Notes: generated by a model from the letters alone, not told the origin. Counted from the stretch's first letter, positions 12,635-24,304 are shown. The stretch: 64,000 nucleotides of DNA from Lytechinus pictus (GCF_037042905.1 NW_026974141.1:12958001-13022000); one strand, 5' to 3'. Numbers and translations are program-made.

Positions 12635-15600
12635 TCAATGTCTCAAATGTGACAACGCTGATCTAAAAGAATTTAAGGTCATACAATTACGAATATTATT
12701 TGGGATACTGTTAAACAACTTAGTCCCCCTATAGAAAAATGTGCGTTTGCAATAATTAGTTCTGGGTTTGGGGAGGCACAAATTATTTTTTCGAAAATGG
12801 TAAGGTCTTGAGGTGTAAAATATGTATTTTGTTAGATATTTGGGAGCCAAATCATGGAGGATCTTAAACATCATTGTTTGAATATGAAAGTTTTGCCTAG
12901 ACTTCAGGGTTTGCCATTCCATTATTTCATGAATTGAGTCAATAGAAACATGTGACCGATTATTAATATTAAGGATAATTCTACCAGCTCTATTTTGCAA
13001 CTTTTGTAGCTGATCTGTATATTTGTCATAGGAAGATTGCCATATTACATCAGCATAATCCAAGTTGGGTAGTATAACGCTCTGATAGATAATTTTCAAA
13101 CTATTCCTATTGATAAATTTACTTAATCTACGGAGGAACGAGATCATTCGACCCACCTTTTCACTTAAGTGGTTAACATGAACATCCCATTTCAGTTCTG
13201 AATCAATATACACACCCAAGTATTTCAGCGAAGATACTTGTTTGATGGTATGACCATCAATTCTTAAATCTAATCCATTGTGTTTTTTTAGCATATGTCT
13301 ATTTCCAAAAAGCATGCACATTGTTTTGTCATAATTAATTTTAAGTCTATTCATGTCCATCCATCTATCAAGAATGAGCAACTCTCTATTTAACGTTGAT
13401 TGAACTACGTGGGGATCTTTATGAGAAAAGTAAATCACAGTGTCATCTGCATAGAGATGGATGTTGCATGACTTGAAAATAGTAGGTAAATCATTAATAA
13501 AAATTATAAAAAGCAGCGGACCTAGTATCGATCCTTGAGGAACCCCTTGCTTGATTGGTAATTCTTCAGAGTTGCAGTTATGAATACATGTTACAATTTT
13601 TCTGTCTGAAAGGTAGCTATGAAACCAGTTCAAATTCGTTTCTTTAATCCCAGCTCTTTTAAGTTTTTCAAGTAGACATTGAATGTTAACCATATCAAAA
13701 GCTTTTTGGAGGTCAATGAAGACCGCACCAGTGTATTTTCCATCATCAAGATCTATTAACCAATCATCCGTGACTTTGATTAGGGCGGTTGAGGTAGAAT
13801 GTTTAGGACGGAAGCCTGATTGGTCCAAAGTGATAATGTTATTACAATTTAAATGTTGTACGAGCTGTTTATGGATTAATCTTTCAAGAACCTTCGATAA
13901 ACAAGAAAGAATAGAAATCGGTCTGTAGTTATTAGGATTTGATCGATCACCTTTTTTGTGTAACGGAATAACTTTGGCAATTTTCCATTTCTTTGGAAAG
14001 ACACCTTGAACGATGGATTCATTCATAAGATAGCTAACTGGACGTATAATTTCATTTATGGACATTTTTAGGATATGAATGGGTATTCCGTCTAAACCCA
14101 CGGATTTCTTATTTTTTAGTTGTAGTACTTCTTTCAATATATCATTTTGACTTACAGTACAAAGTTTCAATGGATGTTCAACTGCCATACCAGTAACGCT
14201 TTCATCATGCACTAAGTCATTTTCTGTCGCAGAGGCCAGGTTCAACAAATTACCTATATTTGCAAAATATTGATTAAATTGGTTGGCCATGGTTTGACTT
14301 TGACTGGATTGAGGTGGAGACGAAGAAATGTTCTTGGGTAACAAAGAAGATAATGTTTTCCATGAATTATTCGAATTTTTATCTTTGGTTAGTTGTTCTG
14401 TATAATAATCTTTCTTAGCCTTTTTGATCAGAGATGATACTTTATTCTTTAATACACGATAATCTTTCCAAAAATTCTCATTTTTGGTTTTGATAGCCTT
14501 TGTTTTAGCCATGTCTCTTTTCTTCATTGCTTGAAATATACTTTCGTTTATCCATGGTGATTGCATTTTTCGAACCCTCTTTGTCTTAAGAGGCATATGT
14601 GTATTTACAACTTCTAGGAACAGCTTTTCAAATTTATCAGTAGCTTTATCGATATCATTTTCCGACTCAACCTCAATCCAGTTTTGCTGAGTTAAATCAG
14701 ACTTGTACTTATTGATATCAACATCTTTCAATTTCCTGTAGGTACAATACTTGACACCAGAATGAGTATGATGGGATTTCCAAACGAGATAGCTCATCGA
14801 ATGGTCACTAACACCATTATGTATGACACCAGAGGACTTAATCATAGAACTATTGTTAGTTAGCATGTGATCAATAAGAGAGGCAGATTGACTTGTAACT
14901 CTGGTACATTCAGTAGTATTGACAAAAGATAATGAGAATACGTTGTTAATCTGCTTATATCGTCTCGTGGTACAATCGTCAACCTCTTTCAATATATCAA
15001 GATTGATATCACCCATGATAATAAGATGACAGTCTAGAGTTTCCGAATATTCCAAAAAGTTTTCATAATGGTTCAAAATATCAGACTTAGAATTCGGCGG
15101 TCGATACCAATTTAAGAGCATTATTGGTTTAGAATTTTTTATATTTATGACAACAGGTATGGCTTCAAAATCTGACATAGGAGAATCCTCAATTATACTA
15201 AACTTTACACTTTCATGAATATAAAATGAAACACCGCCGCCTAACCTATTCCTATCTTTACGAACAATGTTGTAATGTGAAACTTCTATTTCATTATCAG
15301 TTATGGACGCATCAAGTCTCGTTTCATTGAGAGCAAGTAAATGTATGTCATTACAACTCAAGATAGTGCGTATCTCATCGATATGTTTATAAAGACTCAC
15401 TACATTCAACTGAGTAAATTTAATTCCTTTACCTGAAAGGCACGAGTAAATAAAGTCACATGTAAGAGAATCGTTACATTGGGCAGATCCATGCTTACCA
15501 TGAACATCATTAGCCTTACCGGTTACATCAATATCAAAGTCAAAGAATGGCAAATTTTGCATAATACACCTAGGGCATTCCCAGTTATTAAAATGATGGG

Positions 15601-15736
15601 ATACATTATTGTACAAGTTCAGTGGTACGCCGGCACAAGATATATGTACCCATTTGTCACACGAAGTGCACAAAAGACCTTTATGATTTCTCTTAACGGC
15701 TAACTTACATAAAGCACATGGATATTGTACAACCAT
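12635..15736 (-). CDS. LINE ORF2: PHD-type zinc finger, APE endonuclease and reverse transcriptase (1033 aa)
   Basis: CxxC..CxxCxxxxHxxC..WxCxxC; LNETRL, GDINLD, SDH (APE); YRPISIL, QSGFR, DLQKAFD, GVPQGSILGPLLF, YADD, YLG (RT); no stops. Confidence 0.97.
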   Translation of the reverse strand: MVVQYPCALCKLAVKRNHKGLLCTSCDKWVHISCAGVPLNLYNNVSHHFNNWECPRCIMQNLPFFDFDIDVTGKANDVHGKHGSAQCNDSLTCDFIYSCLSGKGIKFTQLNVVSLYKHIDEIRTILSCNDIHLLALNETRLDASITDNEIEVSHYNIVRKDRNRLGGGVSFYIHESVKFSIIEDSPMSDFEAIPVVINIKNSKPIMLLNWYRPPNSKSDILNHYENFLEYSETLDCHLIIMGDINLDILKEVDDCTTRRYKQINNVFSLSFVNTTECTRVTSQSASLIDHMLTNNSSMIKSSGVIHNGVSDHSMSYLVWKSHHTHSGVKYCTYRKLKDVDINKYKSDLTQQNWIEVESENDIDKATDKFEKLFLEVVNTHMPLKTKRVRKMQSPWINESIFQAMKKRDMAKTKAIKTKNENFWKDYRVLKNKVSSLIKKAKKDYYTEQLTKDKNSNNSWKTLSSLLPKNISSSPPQSSQSQTMANQFNQYFANIGNLLNLASATENDLVHDESVTGMAVEHPLKLCTVSQNDILKEVLQLKNKKSVGLDGIPIHILKMSINEIIRPVSYLMNESIVQGVFPKKWKIAKVIPLHKKGDRSNPNNYRPISILSCLSKVLERLIHKQLVQHLNCNNIITLDQSGFRPKHSTSTALIKVTDDWLIDLDDGKYTGAVFIDLQKAFDMVNIQCLLEKLKRAGIKETNLNWFHSYLSDRKIVTCIHNCNSEELPIKQGVPQGSILGPLLFIIFINDLPTIFKSCNIHLYADDTVIYFSHKDPHVVQSTLNRELLILDRWMDMNRLKINYDKTMCMLFGNRHMLKKHNGLDLRIDGHTIKQVSSLKYLGVYIDSELKWDVHVNHLSEKVGRMISFLRRLSKFINRNSLKIIYQSVILPNLDYADVIWQSSYDKYTDQLQKLQNRAGRIILNINNRSHVSIDSIHEIMEWQTLKSRQNFHIQTMMFKILHDLAPKYLTKYIFYTSRPYHFRKNNLCLPKPRTNYCKRTFFYRGTKLFNSIPNNIRNCMTLNSFRSALSHLRH

Positions 15737-15761
15737 TTAATATAACGGTATCGAGACCGAG

Positions 15762-15827
<66 letters not shown>
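15762..15827. repeat. 66-nt A homopolymer (poly-U on LINE sense strand) 25 nt upstream of the ORF2 ATG
   Basis: Seen directly. Confidence 0.9.
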
Positions 15828-15829
<2 letters not shown>

Positions 15830-16099
15830 AATGAAAATAAGTTTTTTTTTAAAAGAACTAATACAAATACGGCTTGCAATAGATATGATAAATATGTTAA
15901 TGAAGTGAGTTAATTTTGTTATTTTATAAGACTATACTCCTGTACGTTGGCCTTATTACGATTACCCGTTGATAATTAATTGTTTATTCAAATTGTTTAA
16001 CAGTGCTATCAATCAAAAGGCTAAAGTAAAGAATTTAACTTAGAGAACCGTAATATTGCTGATACATAGGGAGTAAGCATTCACATTTCACCTTGTGTT

Positions 16100-16810
16100 A
16101 ACATTGTGGATCCGTTTACGGGTAGCATCAACTACAAGGAAGATTAAGACCATTGTGTGTTCTAATAAGTTACCATAACATCTATTGGATAATAAAGGTA
16201 TAAGCTCTCTGCTAGGAAAGTCATATATAGAGTTCCAAATACAAAGGCCAAGAACATGGGTCAAAGTACTGACGGATCTTTTCAGGATGTAGAACTTGTA
16301 GTTGGAGAGAGAGTTGATTAGGATGTCAGAAAAATCATCAGAGCGATTCAAATTAACACCAACCATTCTTTAAATTGTGGATCCACTAGCATGCGTCAAC
16401 AAAGAAAAAGATTAAGACTATATTGTGTGTCCTAATAAGTTAAAATAACATCAATTGGATAATCTGAAGGTAGAAGCTCCATGCCAGCAAAGTCATTGAG
16501 AAAATCACTTGTCAAAGGCCAATAACATAGGTCAAAGTACTGACGGATCTTTTCAGGATGTAGAGCTTGTAGTTGGAGAGTGAGTTGATTAGGATGTCAG
16601 AAAAATCATCAGAGCGATTCAAATTAACACCAACCATTCTTTAAATTGTGGATCCACTTGCATGCGTCAAAGAAAAAGATTAAGACTATATTGTGTGTCC
16701 TAATAAGTTAAAATAACATCAATTGGATAATCTGAAGGTAGAAGCTCCATGCCAGCAAAGTCATTGAGAAAATCACTTGTCAAAGGCCAATAACATAGGT
16801 CAAAGTACTT
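16100..16810. repeat. Tandem repeat of about 271 bp (about 2.6 copies) in the LINE inter-ORF spacer
   Basis: ttgtggatcc recurs at about 16104, 16375 and 16646; copies 2 and 3 nearly identical. Confidence 0.9.
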
Positions 16811-16838
16811 TCAGATATTTTCAGGGTTTGTTAAGGGT

Positions 16839-17579
16839 TCACAATTTTTTCAGATCCGCTTTGGACACAATGGTTACACGGCGATCATCATTAGTGCGTA
16901 CGTGAATTCTGCCATCTTGTGTCCAAATATTTTTCACTGTTTGTTTATGTTTTGATTTGATTTCCCAGAAAAGTTCCCCTCTCTGTTTTGTTAAGCTTTC
17001 CTGGATGAATATCTGGGGTCCCTGTTGGTTCCTCAGCATCTTTCTGGCGTGGTATATATGATCACGTATAGAATAGTTTGTGAATTTCACAATAATTCCT
17101 CTCGGTTTTCCTTTCCTTGCACCTAGCCTATGACACCTGTCAATATCGTGGTCACTGATCATGACATTCAGTTTCTCTTCACATAATTTTGAGACAAGTG
17201 TTGTCGTATTTTCGTCATCATGTTCAGCTATACCATGAAATACAAGACAATTGCGTCTTGAATATTGCTCAGACTCGTCTTGTTTCTGTTTCATACTCTC
17301 TATCTCCTTCTCTAATTGTTCAATCTTGTCGTCTCTCTCTGCTAAATCAAAGTCCATTCTTGCTTTAATGTTCTCTGCCACTTTCTGTGTTATAGTGACC
17401 GAAATTTCCTCAATCAACTTATCTCTTACCTTATTAATAAGGGTATCGAGAAGTTCCTGATTCTCCTCTAAAGCTTTTGACACTTCCGTATGAATGTCAT
17501 ATTCAAGATTGCTTGAAGAATTTTCTTCGGCATGTCCACGTCGAGTCTGCCTCCCCGCGTTTGGTGTAGATTTCCCCAT
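16839..17579 (-). CDS. LINE ORF1 (coiled coil, RRM-like and C-terminal domain; 246 aa)
   Basis: Heptad-rich segment, EQYSRRNCLVFHGIAE, IDRCHRLG, PRGIIVKF, IFIQESLT, WTQDGRI motifs. Confidence 0.92.
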   Translation of the reverse strand: MGKSTPNAGRQTRRGHAEENSSSNLEYDIHTEVSKALEENQELLDTLINKVRDKLIEEISVTITQKVAENIKARMDFDLAERDDKIEQLEKEIESMKQKQDESEQYSRRNCLVFHGIAEHDDENTTTLVSKLCEEKLNVMISDHDIDRCHRLGARKGKPRGIIVKFTNYSIRDHIYHARKMLRNQQGPQIFIQESLTKQRGELFWEIKSKHKQTVKNIWTQDGRIHVRTNDDRRVTIVSKADLKKL

Positions 17580-18246
17580 AATATATGTAGACGTTACCGT
17601 ACTTGACGGCCGTAAAGATCAATTGAGAGTACAACTATTGGGGAAACAATCCTAGGTAGATTTCATTTGGCAAAACATTTTTTTGGGATTACAATCTCAA
17701 GAATAATCTAGCAAACTATCGCGATGATTGCGTCTCCATAACAAATAATCTAGAGATTGTTCCGAGCGGGATAATTTGCCGTAACAGAAATAGCACAATT
17801 ATTCGAAAACTTGGGCTGGTGCATACGGCCCTATGGTTTTGTCTACGAGGAAATGTAAGGAATATCGATGAAAAGGATTTCTGCAGGGAAATACACACCT
17901 CTATCTTTTGGTAAGGTTTCATATGGTTAATGCACTGTATGTAATTCAATTGTCTGACATGACATGAAGATTGCATTTTAGTCGGAATGGTATTTGGACA
18001 GACCCATTTTAGAGTAAGAATAAAACATGATGGTCCTGCGTTGGTTGCGGTTGGATGTAAGCGAGACAAAATAATTTTACCTGTAGGTCTTTGTCAAGAA
18101 ATGATGAATTCATTACATGGACAGGATCATATTAATGCAATGCGAATCACACAAAGTGTAAAAATAAAAGCACTTAAATAAATTGTTCATTTTCTGATAA
18201 GCCCTGAGGGCCAAACTTAGATTTTGTCTCCCTATACATTGTTTCA

Positions 18247-18639
18247 TATAGAGTACCTAAGTGATGACATCACAAAAAACCTTTTTTTTTTGCATTTCAG
18301 CGTTTTTGATACCATATTTTGGTAGCGCAGGATGAAAAAACCCCACTACCGAAATTCGGTGAGAATCGGTCTATGGGGGCCTGAAATATGACCTCATGAA
18401 TACATAATTAGCCCCATTGAAGTCAATGTATTATTGGCCTGGTTCCTAACTTTTAGAACCAGGCCAATAATACAGGTCTACTTATGTATTCTTGAGGTCA
18501 TATCTCTGGCCCCCATGGACCGATTCTCACCAAATTTTGGTAGTGGGGGTTTTTCAACATGCGCTATCAAAATAAGGTATCAAAAATGCTGAAATGAAAA
18601 AAAAGCTTTTATGTGACATCATCACTTTGGTAATCTATA
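18247..18639. mobile_element. Foldback element / MITE with inverted arms of about 160 bp
   Basis: tatagagtacctaagtgatgacatcac... / ...gtgacatcatcactttggtaatctata; arms pair along most of their length. Confidence 0.85.
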
Positions 18640-18984
18640 GTTGTTTTATATACTCGTCTTCTCATTTTTAAAGTACATGTATATATTCCTAAAATATATT
18701 TAGGCATTGAAAAGGTTACTGACAACATTCTGCATATCTGAAAGGTGCAAGGTCCAGTTTACACAATCCATAATATCAATAGAATGCATCATTAAGGATG
18801 TTTACCATTGTAATCTTTTTCTCCTGTGTACACAAATCAAGTGACTGCTGCTGCTGATGTCAGTATTGTACTAAAGTAATTGACTATAAATTTAAACACA
18901 TAAGTATTGGAAATATTTGTAAGAGTATCATTATTATTATTAAAATTTCTCACAAAAATTTTGTTAAATCCTTCTGAATCTCTG

Positions 18985-19349
18985 TCATAGAACATCTAAG
19001 GAGATAGTCTTTGCCTCTCCTTGCCGCTGAGGTGAACTATGTGAACTACCCGACGTCAACGTCGACGACGACACCGTATCCAAACTCCTCCTCCTCCTCG
19101 GAATGACCACCGGCGACCCTCCTTTGACCCCTAGGTCATCTCCATACGGTGGAAGACTTGATCCGATGGGCAGAGTATAGCTCTTTCTTGATTTTTCGCT
19201 GTGGTTCTCGTACAGCCCTGGTCGGAGGGAAGCGAAGAGGGCTTCGTCGTCGATGTCGTCATCGGCATCAGGACTGACGGGGAGGTACTCGGTGTAGCCG
19301 TGACCTAGCTTGGCCTCAGGGAGGTATGGCTGGGTAGCAGAGGTTCCCA
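18985..19349 (-). CDS. DAGLA: DAGLA terminal coding exon
   Basis: ccttcag|TG acceptor, phase 1 matching the upstream exon; GTSATQPYLPEAK...KTISLDVL then TGA; GC-rich coding-like composition. Confidence 0.8.
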
Positions 19350-22300
19350 CTGAAGGTTATAGAGAATTTCAAAAGAATTATAACTGATAGGCTTACAATT
19401 TAAAGATAAATACCGGTTGTGGTAATGATCTAGAAATGAGTTCAAACAGAATCCAAATAAAAGTACCATCCAAGTGTTAGGATATATGTGCCAAATAGCT
19501 TTGGAAGAAAATGTGTAGCTGATGAGTAAAATAAGCACAGAATTCCAAGCAATATATTAATACACTGTCCCACACATGTTTTCCTGTGTTAGTGATCATC
19601 TGAATTATCGGTTTTGAGCTAAGATTTCATGATTTCACAAAGATATAGATATATGACAATTTGTTGACAATTAACCTTGATTGAAATAATTTTTCCTGCA
19701 ACAACTTTGTTTTATAATCTACCTTTTACAAAACCTTATATATACATATATCTCATTTAATCGGGATAGGATGTGATCGGACCTCTGATAGAATTGAGTT
19801 ATTATATCAATGGCTCTGAATGCAGTGATCCATATTATGAAAATTATTTATATTATGTAATCATTCAAAGTAATTCTTCATTTTTGTGCACTGCACATTG
19901 CTCTAATTTTTATACGGTAAAACAAATCAAACCAATGATACTTGGAAGATATAATTGGTCAAAATATTTTTCAAATTTAAACACTTTCACTTGATAAGCA
20001 GCAAAATGTGGACTTGGTGATTGTTTAAAGGTTAAGCAAAAGTTTGTAATAAAGAATCAAAACATATAATACTACTAATAATATCAATAATAAATCATTT
20101 ATAATGGGCCTAGTTCTTTGTAACTAGACATGGTAAAAATGTCACCACAATCATTCATAACAAATGTGAAATAAAATCTTCAAGGCCTGCAGGACATATA
20201 ATCTAAATCATTTCCTTAATAGTTTAAAGCTATTACGAACTAAACTTGTTATTTAATATTATTTCATTGCACACCATTCAAAATGAAACTTTCAGGTTAT
20301 CATCCCAAATGGATAAAATATAGGTCAGAAAAAAGGACCACAAGCTTCTTAAATCTAGTATTCTAATTATTTGAACCTAGGCCAGGCCGACTCATTTCAC
20401 TGGGATTTTTTAATAGCTAAGATACTAGTTATTAGTTATTTAAGCATCCATTAGAAAAAAAGAAGGTTTAAACTGTATCTAAAATCCTTTTCTGCTCTCA
20501 GCTGAAGAAATTTCAAATGAACGCTTTGAGAACTTCATAATTTTTTCCTTTCTAGAGAAAGTGTACCACCATTGAGATAAAATTGTTAAAATGTTTGAAG
20601 CATTTTGTCCTACCTACTTTTTGTCTAATTCCAGAGGATATTATTGTAAATAAAATTTTATCACAATGGACTTAAATACATTTTATTTCATAGTTAATGT
20701 TAAACTATAGCTCTAGTTAAAATATGCTTTAAAATTCTTACATGGTGGTAGCCTATACTACAAGTAAATTGGCAAAGGGGGGGGGGGGACTCAAACTTTT
20801 TGTGATACTAATATTTCATTAATAACAAACTATACTACCTATTTTGTTAATCATTGCCATATATGTATTACTAAGTATACCATTTGGTTTCATTATTGAA
20901 ATTTTATTTCGGAAGGGGGGAGGGGTTTACACCATCCATTTTACCACCATTTTACACTATCCTATTTATTTTCTGAATAAAGGTAAGAGTAAAATGCATG
21001 ATATAATCAAGTAAATATTAGAAGTCAGAGTCTCAAAACAACCCTTGGAGACAGACACTTGACAAGGCAATTAAATATAAGAATTTTATTTCAATGTTGT
21101 TTTTTTCAAATCAATATTTTACTTTGGGGGAAATTTGAATAGAATACTTAGCCTATTTAACGTTAAGCACCCAATTCTATCAGTCATGCATCTTATCAAT
21201 GGCAAGTTACAAGTTCCTTCTATTAGCTACTATAATACCTCAGCCCATGAAATCTCTTTGGATGAGAGAAACAAATTGTAATGGTCCATTCAAATGTTTT
21301 TGATAAAAACAAGTTTGATAAAAAAAAACATATGGGACCCAAAGCATGCATGATATGAAGTCTACAGTGTACACTGATGATGTCACACTGAAAAACACAA
21401 TCAAATCAAATTCCATGCATAGATATTCATAATGAATGCGTCACAATAAATATTAACTGAATCATACATATTAAATAAATACACAATGAATTCAAACTTT
21501 TTACCCTTCTTCGTATCTGTTTGAAAGAGGATGAAATTCAATGTAAAATAAAAATGTGATTCATGCAAACACAGCATGCAGGTCTCCACAAAAATAAATA
21601 ATGAATCACAAACCTTCCAAGAACTTTTCTAATATTTTCTATTAAAGTCACAAGAACCAATGTGTTCATATCCCTATGTTTATTAATAAGTAATTTAAGC
21701 AGGTACGATGAAGACTGCAAAACTTGACTTTGCATAAATCAAATAACAACACAAGTGAAAGCATGGTCATATGCAGCGGTGGGGGGGGGGCAGGGCAGTG
21801 GCCCCCCAGAAATTTTGAAAATTTACATTTTTTTACTGAAAATTTTAACAAAAGTCACCAAGAGTACATGTATGCGCCAAATCCTTCAATTTAACTTCAC
21901 AAAATGCCCCAATGACAAGCTTGGTCGCTTCGCTCCCTCAAAATTCTTTCGAAAAAGTTTATGCATGCTGCCCCCCAGTGATTTTTTTTTTGTACAGCCA
22001 TGAGTGGAAGCAAATTTTCTGAACAAATTATACAAAGTAATTTATATCTAAATTTCGCCTAAGCTGGACAAATGTCTGTGGTACCAAGAAAGATTCAACT
22101 GTATGACCTCATTTAGGAAACTTCCACATATCAGGGGGAAGGGACACTTAGTGTTGTCAAAAATGAACCCACACGATGTATTAAGGACTACCTCCAAGTT
22201 AACGCACGTGAACCAACTTTATTTCTTTATTCAAATATTGAGATAAGAAATATAATATTAAATAAATTTAGAAATTCCATTTTGCATCATGCAGTAACCC

Positions 22301-23707
22301 TTATGAAACCTCTAAAAGCATCTAGACATATGCATGCATTATGGATAAACCCAAAACACAGTCCTCGATAAATGGTATAAACTATAATGTTATTTCAGTA
22401 TATTTCAGTATGACAAATTAGGGGAATGATATTAAAATAAGGATATATGATTTTTTTTTAAACATATTTGTGGGATTTCAACTCAATGTGATACGTCAAA
22501 GTGCAGATAAAACTATGGGACAATCTACCAAATATGAGTGTAGGAACATGTATTGAGTCACACCAAAAATGTGAAATGTGATATAATACGCAGTTGTATG
22601 ATATCATATGACATCATAAGTATGGCATGCACTAACAATTCAAAACCACAACATGTACATTCCGAAATCTATTCAAGAATTCTTACATAAACTTCATAGC
22701 CTGCAAGAACGGCAAAGTAGAAAACGTGGAGGAGAAGAAACGCAGATGATTTCAAAGCGAAGATCAAGAAAAGCAACATACATTAAACAGAAATTGCATT
22801 CTAAAAGCACTCTAGGATTCAAAGATTTTAATTCCATCGCCCCCCTAATCTCCGGCTTTGGTCGATCTTTGATTAATTCAGAATGCATTGCTTTTAGAAG
22901 GTCAAAATTGAAAATTCAATCAGTAAGTCTTGTGCATATAGTTGGAAAGCAATTACCTTTGCTCCATTTCATACTAGTTTGAATGAAAAAATATAAACAA
23001 AACAAATCACTATATGTCTTTTTCATAAACAAAGTAGCAAACATTTGTTGCATCATTAAAAAAGAAAAATAACGATGAAATAACATTTCGACTCAGCTAA
23101 GCACATTTCAGTAATGAGAAATATTTATTTTATATTTTTCAAATGGAGGCAAAAACCCATAAAGTCAAAAAGACATTCATTTCTTTGGGGAAAACAGGCA
23201 TGAAATTATTTGTGAAATCATAAAAACAAGATGCATCAATTCAGTGCTCAATAAAAAAAATTCCAATGGAAAAAGTGGAAAAAATTCTGAAATGCATGGT
23301 CATTAATGAATATCAATCACATATTTTGCCATGAATGATTTCTTAAATATGAAAAAATACATTTTTTATAATATCTTTCATTAAATATTATTCATCTATG
23401 CATTACGTAATAACCTGACATCTATATAGTGGAAGCTAACTTGACAAGACTTCACTCTACAGTACATTGCCCAAGATCAGTCGGCCTGGGAGAGTGTGTT
23501 TCATGAAGCAAATAAGGAGTGATTTTTCACCGATTAAGTTGCTCTGAGCCAATCAGATGCCAGGATTTCAGTAGCTTAATAACAATTGTATTTGAATCAT
23601 GAAACACTCCCCAGATGCACATCCTAGGAAGAATGAGAAACAGTATAACTTAAACAATTTCCAGTTGACCAGTTCTACATTTGAAGTTGATAAGAAAATT
23701 CACTCAC

Positions 23708-24304
23708 CATTGGATTGTGGTCTTGAGGAGAGGGGTGAATCCGTGCCCCCCTCGCTACCGGTATTAGGATCCAGATCCATCCCATCATAGGTTAACGTGT
23801 ACCTGTCATCCGCGGAGGTCCGCCCCTTCACGTTACCCTCTTCGTCAAACATATGACTGTTACCCCCACGGAATAAACTCCAAGGTCCGACTAACGGTGG
23901 TGACGTCTTAACGGGCGCCTCAACCTTGTTGTCATGGTTACACGGCATTGATTCAATGGTAGCTGTAGTCCTTATAGCATTTGGTTTCTCTGAGTCGTCC
24001 CCGGAATCTTCGGTATTTTTATTCAAGGTCGATTCGGACTCGTTCGTGACATAGTAGCAGTATCCCTCATCTTTGGTGGTTGGGGACGTCTCGAAGCGGT
24101 TGAGAACGGAAGAGTAGCTGGTGGAGGAGATGGAAGACCTTACGGATTCCGTCTCCGTGTAGGATTCGCTGCTGGCCAGTGGGGCTAGACGCTCGTGCGC
24201 TGCAGCGCCCTCGCTTGAAAAGTTTGAGGCAAGGTTCGTAAGAGTTGTTTTGGGCCATTCGTTTTGGGAATTAGTTCTTAGTTTATCATCAGGAATAGAC
24301 TGTT
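23708..24304 (-). CDS. DAGLA: DAGLA C-tail exon (Ser/acidic-rich)
   Basis: Open frame EQSIPDDKL...RPQSN; strong donor ATG|gtgagt; acceptor aagcag| (NAGNAG, less certain); phase 1-1. Confidence 0.75.

Larger units (their letters stand above)
12208..17647 (-). mobile_element. Full-length CR1-group (CR1/L2/Crack/Daphne-like) non-LTR retrotransposon
   Basis: ORF1 and ORF2 intact; 3' end AATAAA plus (ACAA)n at 12212-12239; candidate TSD aatcctaagt (12198-12207) / aatcctaggt (17648-17657). Confidence 0.92.
11974..17832. mobile_element. MITE split by the LINE insertion (halves about 11974-12207 and 17648-17832)
   Basis: Inverted termini tgcaccagcccgagttt / aaacttgggctggtgca and shared internal agcgggataatt words on both sides of the LINE. 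Confidence 0.6.

Noticed and set aside
13683-17460. Plus-strand ORFs antisense to the LINE ORFs
   Set aside because: Shadow frames of the real minus-strand coding sequence.
20480-20505. Possible alternative last exon AESRKGF-stop
   Set aside because: Only an acceptor-like motif, with no other support.
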